Of a DNA stretch of 64,000 bases, positions 24,454 to 36,422 are shown piece by piece. Source of the stretch: Paraspadella gotoi (taxonomy: Eukaryota; Animalia; Chaetognatha); assembly GCA_051294375.1 (NCBI GenBank), contig CM119264.1, positions 10,062,175-10,126,174 on the forward strand. Reading direction: 5' to 3'. The position numbers and the translations under genes are program-made. Position 1 is the first letter of the stretch, and each line of letters starts with the position of its first letter. The notes beneath the pieces are model-generated. The model was given only the letters and a program-made list of their open reading frames with translations. It was not told where the DNA came from and searched no databases.

Positions 24454-26345
24454 CTCATTGCGATCGTAATAAGCAGTATCAGCTATAGAGAGAAGGAAAC
24501 AAAGTAAGTTGCAAAGAAGTGTCAATGTAATAACGATCTTACTCTTGGTCAACGTAATTGAAGAGAGAGATGGATCGTCTTGGATGAATGTTCACCATCC
24601 CGTGATCGCTCATCAAAATGAAATTGACTTTTCCATTCAGAGCTGGCGACTCTAATCCGTCCAAAATTCGTCCTAAACGTAAATTCAACGTAATACTGGT
24701 GATTTGGGACAAAAACCAAATTAGTCTCGGGTATTTAAAATTTAAAAGGACCAACCGAGAAGTCCGTCCATCATTTGAGTTTTCCTTTCCCCTTCTTCCG
24801 AACTAACTCCGTATTGATGAATCGCATAATCGGGTTCTTCGAAATAAAGTCCAACAAAGTCAAAACCTGAGTAACGCGAATACCCATCATGTCAAGGTCA
24901 AATTTTTAGTAATGCAGCAATTTGAAGGAAAAATATGAAAAAGAGAACGAGAAAATCTGCAAAAATCTGTAATTTACTACATTTTCCATACTTTGTTATA
25001 ACGTAAGATACATAAATTGCTCAAGGAGTCATTCCCCTCGTTTTATTCGGGAGACCGGGAGCGGAAGTGTTCCACTCACCATCTTCGAGCATCTCCATCG
25101 CTTTGTCGACGCGGTATTCGAAGGGCACAGACTCGTTGTAGGGCAGCCAAAAATCGGGTCGATACCCCTTCACCTCGCGGTCACTTGCTGAATTAAAGCA
25201 TCGCCAAAAAAAAAAAAAAATTGTCAAGTCACAAGAATCATTAAAAAAAATCATTCTCCATACATTCAAACCAGAGTAAATTTGGGAGAAAAAATATAAT
25301 TTACGTAAAAGTTTAACGGAACCTGGAAGGAAAATGACTCCCGTCCTTTTGTTATTTTTGCTCGCCGTCACCCAAATGTGCTCGCCATCCTTCCACCATT
25401 TTGGATCCTCTTCGTGCGTATAAAATCTGAAATTTCATTCGTTTGATTGATTAATTGATTGATTGAGTGATTTATTATTAGCGTGATTGATTTATGTTAA
25501 TTTTAACGTTAATGTAATTGATTTCTTTGATTTTATACGTAGGTTTCGAAATATCACCAAAAATTTTTTTTTTGAGCAGCTCGACCTGAAATTTTCATCA
25601 TATTCGGGATCGTAGAATTGGTTGGAGACGATGCCGTGATTTTCGATGTGCAACCCCGTCAACGCCGTTGTGAAGGTCGGGTAGGTCATCGAGAAAAATG
25701 CCGGGATATTCCCGAGACCTTACCGTGATGGAGAAGGCAAAATAATAAATAAATAATATTAATAATATTAATGATAATAACAATAATGGGAAGGCTTGTA
25801 GTAATTTTTTTTTCTATTTTAAAAAAAGTTTTTTTTTACTTTTAAAACAAATTGGCACCGAAACATCGTTGTAATAATAAATAAAAATTAACTCGGTTAC
25901 TTTGGCACTACTTATAAAACAAACATAAAATAATTTTAAAAAAGTCCGGAAATACCTTCGGTGGTGACTCCCATTTTTTCCAGTCGNNNNNNNNNNNNNN
26001 NNNNNNNNNNNTCCAGTCGACGAAAATTATTCAAGTTGGTCAGGGAATTTGGCCAATTTTACTGTGGAGATATTTGTGTCCGAGGCCATGCAATGGCGAC
26101 GAAAAAGAAGTTGACGATCGCGGACGGGTTCATACGTTATCTTCGACTATGAGAAATTTTTTTTAGTAAAGATTTATATGACATATTACCTTCCCCTAAG
26201 ATATAGGTTATTTGTTTTTATTATAATTAAATTTTATATATATAAAATATGTTTATCCAACATAACCCACCATCTTTGCATCGCCGAAAAAGCTGTGAGA
26301 AATCAGGGAGAGAAAACGAGAATTGCAATAATACGGACGCACCAT
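23214..26345 (-). CDS. ENPP4-7-like phosphodiesterase, paralogue B, with C-terminal hydrophobic (GPI-signal-like) tail; 10 exons
   Basis: Exons 3-10 splice in frame: FSMTYPTFTTALTGLHIENHGIVSN, KWWKDGEHIWVTA, YNESVPFEYRVD, LYFEEPDYAIHQYG, MSDHGM, LKVYLKADLPEECHC, ATHGYDN, PNNGS...GVWIFVFLIASIASTA*. Exons 1-2 are noisy or gapped here; a clean signal exon MASVFNAILFLSLISHVFGDG is seen in the copy at 31583-31520. Confidence 0.88.
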
Positions 26346-27535
26346 TATTAAAAACGTCTGCCGAATTCTTGCAATGCAGGAGATGCTTTCGATCCTTTGC
26401 CTTCGACAAAATTTCGAAATTATCGTCAAGATTCAGCGAAATAGAAGTCGAAGTGAAGATGCGAATCAACTACGAAGGGGCGAATCATTTTTTTCCAAAA
26501 TGTCCGCAATAATGATCGAAAGATAATCTTTCTCCTTCAGCTATCCGCCTGCCCCCACCGGCGCTTTACAGACCTCCATCACAGTCTAGAACGTTTGTCA
26601 TGATTTACGAGTGCCGAAATCGCCTTGAAGGCCCGTATTACCAGCATTAGTTAAATTATTTATTAAATTTGCGCTAGAACCTGCGTTTTACAAATGTCAT
26701 CCATGAATTAAAATAAAACTGAGTAATAAAATACTAAAGCATACAATCGTATCAATCCATGATTAAATACTGGAATCAGTATTTTAAGTTAGATTTCCAG
26801 TATTAATTTAATATCGGTTTTATGATTGTACCGCTTAAAGTCCGCGTCTGAGACAGAATTGAAAAGAAGAAAGATTAATGACCTGCTAATTCGAAATGTA
26901 AAACGTTTAAATTTATATCCAATAAAGCAAACTAAGAGCAAGCGGTTTCTCGATCTATATAAAGACGGATTTTTAGTAAAAGCGTTTTTCCATTCAATGG
27001 GCAGATTTTTGGTGCTGTTAGTTCTCTTCATTTTTTGTTGGTTCGGTTTATCTCTGATCTTTTCCGCTTGAACCCTTTGGCTTCCGCATTTTTGGGAACG
27101 GCGGCGGCGGGTGGCGGCGGTGCACGGTGATACTGCCTCCAGGAAAAAATAAAAAATTTCAGAAGGGAGCGAAAAAGTCATGTACCGATTCGATTTCGAT
27201 AGTTTTAAATGACAAGTGAATGGTCATTTGCGGGATTTTGACCAGAAAAGATTCCTAAAATTCGTACCTTTTCTCTTATCTTTCGACCTATCTTTTACTT
27301 CTCCTAAATAAAATAAAAATTTTTTCCTTTATTCTACTGGTCATTTTGTCATAATCATTTCAATTGCATTAAATGTATGGCGTTAGAAAAGCTCGTCGTG
27401 CTTAACCTTTATCAATATCCAACTCAAAATGCTGCATCTTTTTTTCTACCGTAGTAATAAATTTTTTTTCCTTAACTTAGTCCTCATATTTTCCTTTAAA
27501 AAATTTTGGCAAAAACAATTTTTTTTGACTATAGG

Positions 27536-28350
27536 TCACTCGTTATAACCAGGTTTATCACATCTGACAAATATCTTATGGGTTTCAATAGGGTCAAAAA
27601 AGGTTTCCTTGATCCAACATTTAAAATGCGATAAATAGCGATTCTTAAAATTAAGAGAGGAAATCAGATTTTTTCCAATGAGGACTAAATTATGGAATGG
27701 ATTCAAATTATATAGAGAAATTAACACCGTTCTTGAAATTGATTTTTTTCTGTAGTTACTCGTTTACTCAGGTTTATCAATATTTAAAACTTAAAACACT
27801 TTTTATTAGTTAGTAATAGGTTTAAGGCTTTACGGTCTGTAGGCGGATTTTAGCGTTTTTGAGTTTTAAGAAAGAAATATATCTTACCAGTTAACAAGTC
27901 ATCATCGAAAAAATAAAAAAGAAAGAACTAGGTTTTATATTTTTTCTTTGCCAACTTATTATTTCGTTTACGCCAGGTTTATCAAAACTTAGTATCATTG
28001 ACAGATTGAACAGGCACAGTAGGTTTCCAGTAATATCAGTTAATTGCGGATTTTAAAGCGGATTTTGGAGTTTTAAGGGAGAAAACAAGCTTTTGCCAAT
28101 GAAACTACTCAAACCGAAAGAATAACAAAGAAAGAACTAGGATTTCATTTTTTTCCTACTTTGACTTTGATGAATTCGTTTGCACAGGTTTTCTTTTTAA
28201 AAAGGAAGGTATTTTTAAAGGTTTAACAGCTTTCCCGGAGATTAACACTGATGTAGGGTTGAAGCAAATTTTTGTGTTTTACAGTTGTTAAAATGATGTA
28301 AACAAGCCCAACCAGTAAAACTCATCAGAAACCCGAAATTAACAAATATA
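27536..28350. repeat. Degenerate tandem array, ~210 bp unit x ~4
   Basis: TCGTT..CAGGTTT recurs near 27540, 27760, 27963 and 28175; AAAGAAAGAACTAGG and GCGGATTTTA recur with the same period. Confidence 0.6.
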
Positions 28351-28373
28351 AACAGGCGGAAATCTAACCTGCC

Positions 28374-28648
28374 TGCACCGATACTCAATTAGTATCGTTT
28401 CTATCAACTTGATGGGTAACAGCGCTGGTTGCCCTGTGATGCGCCCATTGGATGGGGCATCTCACTGTTGGCTTTTGGGGGCTTACGACCCTCAGTGACG
28501 GCTTCAGTCACTGCACGGTTACCTAGGAACGGTCCTCGCTTGGCCAACGCAGAGGGAAGTCATACAGACTGTGGATGGAACACAACGCCTGGGACAATGG
28601 TATTGGCTGAAGCAATGGTGGATGTGAGCGGGTTGAATATACGCCACA
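28374..28648 (-). mobile_element. Diverged member of the TG-terminated element family
   Basis: Minus strand starts TGTGG and contains CAGTGAC..GTCACTGAGGGTCGTAAGCC, linking 19724-20001 and 5555-5839 (GGCCGTAAGCC). Confidence 0.45.
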
Positions 28649-30179
28649 TATTGTCCTTTTTTTTTCCTCTTTTTTTATTGTCTTTTCGTCGTCATGATCT
28701 TTTTTCTTCGTCTTCTTCAATGTATTCTGCCTTTATCAACTTCTTTTTTTGTTGTTCTTTTCCTTCACCACATTGTCCCTCAATTTGTTAATGCATTTTC
28801 ATAGTCCTTCGTTGTCATTGTCGTCCTTTCTTATCGTACACTATGACAACTTTGTGTCTGATTGTTTTTTTTTCTCTCTCTCTCTCTCTCTCGTCTCTCT
28901 CCGATCTCTCTCTCTCTCTCTTTTTTCTTTCTCTTTCTTTTTATTTCTCTCTCTCTTTTTTTCTTCTCTCTCTCTTTTTTCTTTCTCTCTGCTTCTTTTT
29001 TTCTTTCTCTTTTTTTTCTTTCTCTTTCTTTTTAATCTCTCTTCTCTTCTCTCTTCTCTGTCTCTGTCTCTCCTCTCCTCTTTTTTTCTTTCTCTCTCTC
29101 CTCTGTTTCTCACTCCTTTCTCTCTCTCATCTTTTCTTTTATTTTCTCTTTCTCTCTAACTCTCTCTCTTTTTTCTTTCTCTTTCTCTCTGCTTTCTGCG
29201 GTCAGCGCCGACGCCCGGCGTCTTTTTTGTCTGTCTCTTTACTTTTAAAAATAAGTAATAGTTAATGTAATTTCCTTTTCCTTTTTCGTTGCGTTGGAAA
29301 TTTATTTTCAAAAGCAAAGTTTATTATTTTTCAAACACAACGATATAATGGATTAACGGAACATGTTTCGACTCTGTTTTTCGAGTCTTCATCATGCTAA
29401 TGAAGACTCGAAATGTTCTGTTAAAGATATCTTGGCCTCGCTTAAAGCCTCATTTGACCAACTTCAGGCCAATCCATTTTAGGTCGTATCTTCGCGGGCT
29501 GAGAGAGATTCGATCGAAATTAGTTTTGCATGAAGATCTCAACAAATAGCTATTATCGCCGGGAAGAAAGCTCCGTATTTACGAGTTTCTGAAGAAAATT
29601 TTTTGTGTTTTCAATAAAAAGTCTCATTCTTGCTTAATTTCGCGAACGTTTTCCTCTTGGAAGCTCAACGTTAAGCAGTTTGACCGCGTGAAATCACAAA
29701 CGCTCGTCTCCACGGGCGTGAAGACAAAGTAAAAAGATCTTTGCAAATATCTTTGTAAAAAATCTGTGTATTTCTATGCTGGCGGGGTCGCGCGTTTGAG
29801 GTGTCGGCGCGTCGGATGAACAGGTTTTTGACAAGGAAGCAAGGATTTCATAGTATGGCGAGTCTTATTTGCATATTGTAGCTTTAATAACGCTATTTCT
29901 TAAAATAGATTTGAAATAAAAGGGATTTAATTAGGCAAAACAAGAATTTTTGCCTTAAGAAGAACAATAACAAAAGTGTATGTCTGAATGATATAAATTT
30001 TAATAATTTTATAAACAATTGATATTATTATTATCAAACTAAAAAGTTAAAGATTTAGAATATTTTTCTCGAGTATAGTGTAATTAGTAAATTGGGTGAT
30101 ACCAAATCGAAGGTGGGTGGGATGTTGCCGCGATGCCATAACCATTGGCAAGAAAATTAAAGGGATGAAAAGGAACGAG

Positions 30180-30397
30180 AGAGATAGGCGGACGGAGAAG
30201 GGACAGGGCGTTAACCTTGGAGGCCTCCTTTTCAAAATATAACATTGTGTAGCGAGATAGGCGGGACGGAGGAAAGGGCAGGGCGTTAACCTGGAGGCGC
30301 TTTTTTCAAATATAACATTGTGGTACCGAAGATAGGCGGACGGAGGAAAGGAAGCAGGGCGTTACCTGGAGGCCCTTTTTCAAAATATAACATTGTG
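30180..30397. repeat. Tandem repeat ~72 bp x 3
   Basis: GATAGGCGGACGGAG...GGGCGTTAACCTGGAGGC...TTTTCAAAATATAACATTGTG occurs three times. Confidence 0.85.
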
Positions 30398-30793
30398 CGG
30401 TGGCGGCGGCGCAGCGGCGTCTTTCCCTAAGATCCATTTCTTTCCCTTCCTGGGTCGCGCCTTGTCACCCTTTCAAATCTCGTCAGAGTGCAGCGTCCGC
30501 CTTCATCATAATTTCGTTTCTTCGCATTTCCAGGATTTACCACCAGGCGCCTCCCCCTGTTAAGTCTCGGCCAACCCCTTCACACCCTCGAACACCCCCA
30601 AACACCCACGTGGACTCCCCGTCAGCTTCGTCGCGTCTCCATTTTCAATCTTTCCTCTGTTATTCTTCCCGAAGGCAAACAGCTTTTCCTCTATCGTTTT
30701 ACAGTTTTTTGGTATCAAAAATTCCAACTTGTTTCAAGGGATACTGAAGTGACTTCTTATGTCCACCTTTTATATTCAATCCTCGCTCATATT

Positions 30794-31030
30794 GAAGAGA
30801 CAGTAATTATAATTATAATTATTATTACTATGGGTTAGTGCAAAACCGTTCAATGTTACCAGTCCCTGAGCTTCGGATCAGGCTGTAACCACCGTAGCAC
30901 CCCGTCCCTCTTATCTGCCTAGGCGCGCCACCGGGCTAGAACCCCGGACCTTTGGGTTGGCAGGCGAATGCCCTTGCCTCGGCACCAATGGCCTGCTATG
31001 AACCGGTTGGATGGATTTTAGTCACCATAG
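30794..31030 (-). mobile_element. tRNA-Gly-like element (further copies 35838-36070 and 40308-40554)
   Basis: Cleaner copy at ~35960-36035 reads on minus GGCATTCGCCTCCCAACCCAAAGGTCCGGGGTTCTAGCCCGG (CCC anticodon loop, T-arm-like), bracketed by AACCGTTCA/TGAACGGTT. Confidence 0.55.
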
Positions 31031-31800
31031 TATCAATTTTATTTCATTGTAATATTTGGTTTTTATATTTTTGGAACTTTAAACCGTTAAAGCCGATTTT
31101 GTCCGGAAAAGTAATTAGAAAACTGCAAAATTGTGCTTAAGCAGTTTTCGCTTTATTTCTGTCTTTTCGCTTTTTCATTAAACTTCGGGTCGCTCATGGT
31201 TCTGACTAAAATAGTAGTTCCTTTCTTTGTCGTGGAATGTAAACTTCTTTTAATTTTTCCAAGAAATTAATTAGGTCGGAAACACGGATGGACGAGGCTC
31301 TGGTGTAATCGACAGTTCTTTGGGGGAAGAAAAAAGATGAGGCCATCAAAGGCGACGAAAAGAAGTTGACGATCCGGAGCGGGTTCATCGTTATCTTCGA
31401 CTATGAGAAATTTTTTTAGTAAAGATTTATATACATATTATCTTCCCCTAAGATATAGGTTATTTGTTTTAATTATAATTTCAAAATTTATATATATAAA
31501 ATATGCTTATCCAACATACCACCATCGCCGAAAACGTGAGAAATCAGGGAGAGAAAAAGAATTGCATTAAATACGGACGCCATAATTAAAACGTCTGCCG
31601 AATTTCTTGCAATGCAGGAGATGCTTTCGATCCTTTGCCTTCGGANNNNNNNNNNCGTTGTAATAACAAATAAAAATTAACTCGGTTACTTTGTCACTAC
31701 TTATAAAAGAAACATAAAATAATTTTAAAAAAGTTCGGAAATACCTTCGGTGGTGACTCCCATTTTTTCCAGTCGNNNNNNNNNNNNNNNNNNNNNNNNN

Positions 31801-32360
31801 TATCCATGAGTGGGCAGTGGTCAGTCACTTTTGAGTGAGTAGAAAATCCGTTGCTTCCATTGATGGTCCTTCGCTGGAATTAAAAAAATTCTAAGCCCCA
31901 GTCAAAAACTAAAACTATATAAAGAAAAAAAGCGTGACGCCGACGCAGACAACGACAACGACGACGACGACGGACGTCACAAAGTAGCTGAGCCGATCTT
32001 AAATCTACCAAGACGGCGGTTAAGCCCTTTGGCCATATAATTACGTTATTTAACAGACAAATTTTCATTTGAGTCATTGTAGACTTTACCAGGCTTCGTG
32101 GGCAAAGGCGGACATAGGGGAAATTCTTTGCTTATTCTCTGCAGTGACATTCTTCGGAAGATCCGCCTTGAGATAAACTTTAAGCCGCGGATGAGAATTT
32201 TCGAAGTTTTTTCGTAGATAATTTCCGTTTTGTTTGGGTCGACGGGACGAATAAACGCGAAGCCGAGCTTATCATCGACGTCGATGTCCCTCATGAAAGG
32301 CAGAGGCGACAGCGTCAACATTAACAACATGATAATCGATCGTTTTGATCATCGCTTTGT

Positions 32361-32392
<32 letters not shown>

Positions 32393-34717
32393 CTCATTGC
32401 GATCCGTAATAAGCAGTATCAGCTATAGAGAGAAGGAAACAAAGTAAGTTGCGACAAGAAGGTCCAATTAATCACGATCTTACTTCTTGGCTCAAACGTA
32501 ATTGAAGAAGGAGATGGATCGTCTTGGATGAATGTTCTACCATCCCGCTGATCGCTCATTCAAAATGAAATTGACTTTTTCCATTCAGAGCTGGCGACTC
32601 TAAATCCGTCCCAAAATTCGTCCTAACGTAAATTCAAACGTAATACGTGGTGATTTGGGACAAAAACCAAATTAAGTCTCGGGTATTTAAAATTTAAAAG
32701 GTACCAACCGAGAATCCGTCCATTCATTGAGTCTTTCCTTTCCCTTCTTCTACGAACTAACTCCGTATTGATGAATTCGCAAATCGGGTTCTTTCGCAAA
32801 TAAAGTCCAACAAAGTCAAAACCTGATACGCGAAAACCCACATGTCAAAGGTTTCAAATTTTTAGTAATGCAGCAATTTGAAAGCGAAAAAAATTGAAAA
32901 AGAGAACGACGAAAATCTGCAAAAATCCTGTAATTTACTACATTTTCCATAACTTTGTCTATACGTAGATACATTAAATTGCTCAAGGAGTCATTCCCCT
33001 CGTTTTTATTCCGGGAGACCGGCGAGCGGAAGTGTTCCACCTCACCATCTTCGAGCATCTCCATCGCTTTGTCGACGCCGGTATTCGAACGGGCACAGAT
33101 CGTTAGCGAAATCGGTCGTACCCTCACTGCGCCTGCGATAAGCCCAAAAAAAAAGTCCAGATTAAAAATATTCAAGATAATATTGAAATAAAATTAGCAT
33201 ATAAGAAAACTAATACTTGAATTTATTATCTATGGCACGTAGCTTATAAATAGATTATACTAAATAAAACAATTTTTTAGATCGTGGATTCGCAAAGTAA
33301 GAATCTTTAATTTTTTGTCTAAAAAAATTTAAGACACGACTTTACTTATTTGTAATTACCTTAAGCATTAAGATACATTTAAGAGACGAATCTGTCCTAA
33401 CAAAAAAATAAATAATATATAAGGTAGTATTCATAAGTGTGGCTACACATTAAAAAAAAGAATTCCTTATGAGTTTTTTTAAATTCAACAAACTTTCATT
33501 CTCCATACATTCAACCAGAGTAAATTTGGGAGAAAAAATATAATTTACGTAAAGTTTAACGGAACCTGGAAGGAAAATGACTCCCGTCCTTTTGTTATTT
33601 TTGCTCGCCGTCACCCAAATGTGCTCGCCATCCTTCCACCATTTTGGATCCTCTTCGTGCGTATAAAATCTGAAAATTTCATTCGTTTGATTGATTAATT
33701 GATTGATTGAGTGATTTATTATTAGCGTGATTGATTTATGTTAATTTTAACGTTAATGTTAATTGATTTCTTTGATTTTATACGTAGGCTTTCGAAATAT
33801 CACCAAAAAATTTTTTTTTAGCGAGCAGCTCGACCTGAAATTTTCATCATATTCGGGATCGTAGAATTGGTTGGAGACGATTGCCGTGATTTTCGATGTG
33901 CAACCCCGTCAACGCCGTTGTGAAGGTCGGGTAGGTCATCGAGAAAAATGCCGGGATATTCCCGAGACCTTACCGTATGGAGAAGGCAAAATAATAAATT
34001 AAATAATATTAATAATATTAATGATAATAACAATAATGGAAGGCTTTGTAGTAACTTTTTTTTTTCGGAAGTAAAAATTATTTTTTTTTACTTTTAAAAC
34101 AAATTGGCCACCGAAACATGTACGTTATTAATAATTCATCGTTTTGAATAACAAATAAAAATTAACTCGGTTACTTTGTCACTACTTATAAAAGAAACAT
34201 AAAATAATTTTAAAAAAGTTCGGAAATACCTTCGGTGGTGACTCCCATTTTTTCCCAGTCGACGAAAATTATTCAGTTGGTCAGGGAATTTGGCCAATTT
34301 ACTCTGGAGATATTTGTGTCCGAGGCCATCAAAGGCGACGAAAAGAAGTTGACGATCCGGCGACCGGGTTCATCGTTATCTTCGACTATGAGAAATATTA
34401 TTTATAAAGATTTATATACTTTTGTGATAATCTTTTCGTTTGTTGTTTGAGGAAAAACGAAATTTTTTCGCGCTTTAACAACATTTATTTTATTTTATAT
34501 TATTATTAAAAAAAATAAATGTTGTTAAAGCGCGAAAAAATTTCGTTCTTCCTCTAAGATTTATATACATATTACCTTCCCCTAAGATATAGGTTATTTG
34601 TTTTAATTATAATTTCAAAATTTATATATATAAAATATGCTTATCCAACATACCACCATCGCCGAAAACGTGAGAAATCAGGGAGAGAAAAAGAATTGCA
34701 TTAAATACGGACGCCAT
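31801..34717 (-). pseudogene. Indel-riddled second copy of ENPP paralogue B (exons 1-9); probable assembly duplicate or alternative haplotype
   Basis: Colinear with 23872-26345 including introns, starts at an N-gap, and differs mostly by scattered single-base insertions. Confidence 0.7.
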
Positions 34718-36375
34718 AATTAAAACGTCTGCCGAATTTCTTGCAATGCAGGAGATGCTTTCGATCCTTTGCCTTCGGACAGAAATTTCGAATTATCGGT
34801 CAGATTCGGCGAAAAGTCGAAGGTGAAGATCGAATCAACGAGGCGAATCATTTTTTTCCAAAATGTCCGCAAAGATCGAAAGATAATCTTTCCTCCTTCA
34901 GCTCCCCCCCGGCTGCTTTACAACCTCATCCAAGTCTAGAACGGTTGTCAGATTTACGAGTGCCGAATTTAATTCTAGCTTGAAGGCCGTATTACCAGCA
35001 TTATTAAATTATTATTAATTTTGACGCTCAAGTTCCATGAATTACAAATAAAACTGAGTAAATAAATACTATACAATCGATATCAATCCATGAATTAACT
35101 ACTGGCAATCGTTATTTTTAAAGTTAGATTTTCCAAGTCATTAATTTATGACGGTTATAAATTGTACCGCTTAAAGTCCGTGTCGAGACAGATTGAAAAG
35201 AGAAAGATTAATGGACCTGCTAATCGAAATGTTAAACGTTTAAATTTCCAAATAAACTGAAAAAGGCAAACAAAAAAGCGAGTTTCTCGATCTATTATGA
35301 CGGATTTTTTTTTCCATCTCAATGGCAATTTTTGGTGGCGCGTTGTTAGCTCTCTTCATTTTTTGTTGGTTCGGTTTATCTCTGATCTTTTCGCTTAACC
35401 CTTTTGGCTCCGCTTTTTGGGACGGCGGCGGCGGGTGGCGGCGGTGGCGGCGGCGGCAGCGGCGTCTTTTCCTAAGATCCATTTCTTTCCCTTCCTGGGT
35501 CGCGCCTTGTCACCCTTTCAATCTCGTCAGAGTGCGAGCGTCCGCCTTCATCATAATTTCGTTCTTCGCATTTCCAGGATTTACCACCAGGCGCCTCCCC
35601 CTGTTAAGTCTCGGCCAACCCCTTCACACCCTGGAACACCCCAAACACCCACGTGGACTCCCCGTCAGCTTCGTCGCGTCTCCATTTTCAATCTTTCCTC
35701 TGTTATTCTTCCCGAAGGCAAACAGCTTTTCCTCTATCGTTTTTACAGTTTTTTGGTATCAAAAATTCAACTTGTTTCAAGGGATACTGAAGTGACTTCT
35801 TATGTCCACCTTTTATATTCAATCCTCGCTACATATTGAAGAGACAGTAATTATAATTATAATTATTATTACTATGGGTTAGTGCAAAACCGTTCAATGT
35901 TACCAGTCCCTGAGCTTCGGATCAGGCTGTAACACCGTAGCACCCCGTCCCTCTTATCTGCTAGGCGGCCACCGGGCTAGAACCCCGGACCTTTGGGTTG
36001 GGAGGCGAATGCCCTGCCTCCGGCATCAATGGCCGCTGATGAACGGTTGGTGGATTTTAGTCCACCATAGTATCAATTTTATTTCATTGTAATATTTGGT
36101 TTTTATATTTTTGGAACTTTAAACCGTTAAAGCCGATTTTGTCCGGAAAAGTAATTAGAAAACTTGCAAAATTGTGTTTAAGCAGTATTTATGTTTTGTT
36201 TCACTAAAATAGTAGTACTTTTTTTCAGAAATTTTCTCACTCCTTTGGGAAAATTGCGGTCTTTTGTAGATCGTTTGCCGACTCTACCCGAGCCTCGTCC
36301 ATCCTTTCCCTTTCTTTTGATACATCACGACAAAGAAAGGAGAACAATGAGCGAAAGTAAAAGAGAAAGAAAGAA

Positions 36376-36422
<47 letters not shown>

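Noticed and set aside
30180-30397. Regularly spaced repeats as a possible CRISPR array
   Set aside because: The units are fully tandem with no unique spacers; the context is eukaryotic and no cas genes are present.
35322-35839. Two overlapping 140-157 aa ORFs
   Set aside because: No recognisable motif or convincing splice structure, and the frames are not preserved among the three copies.
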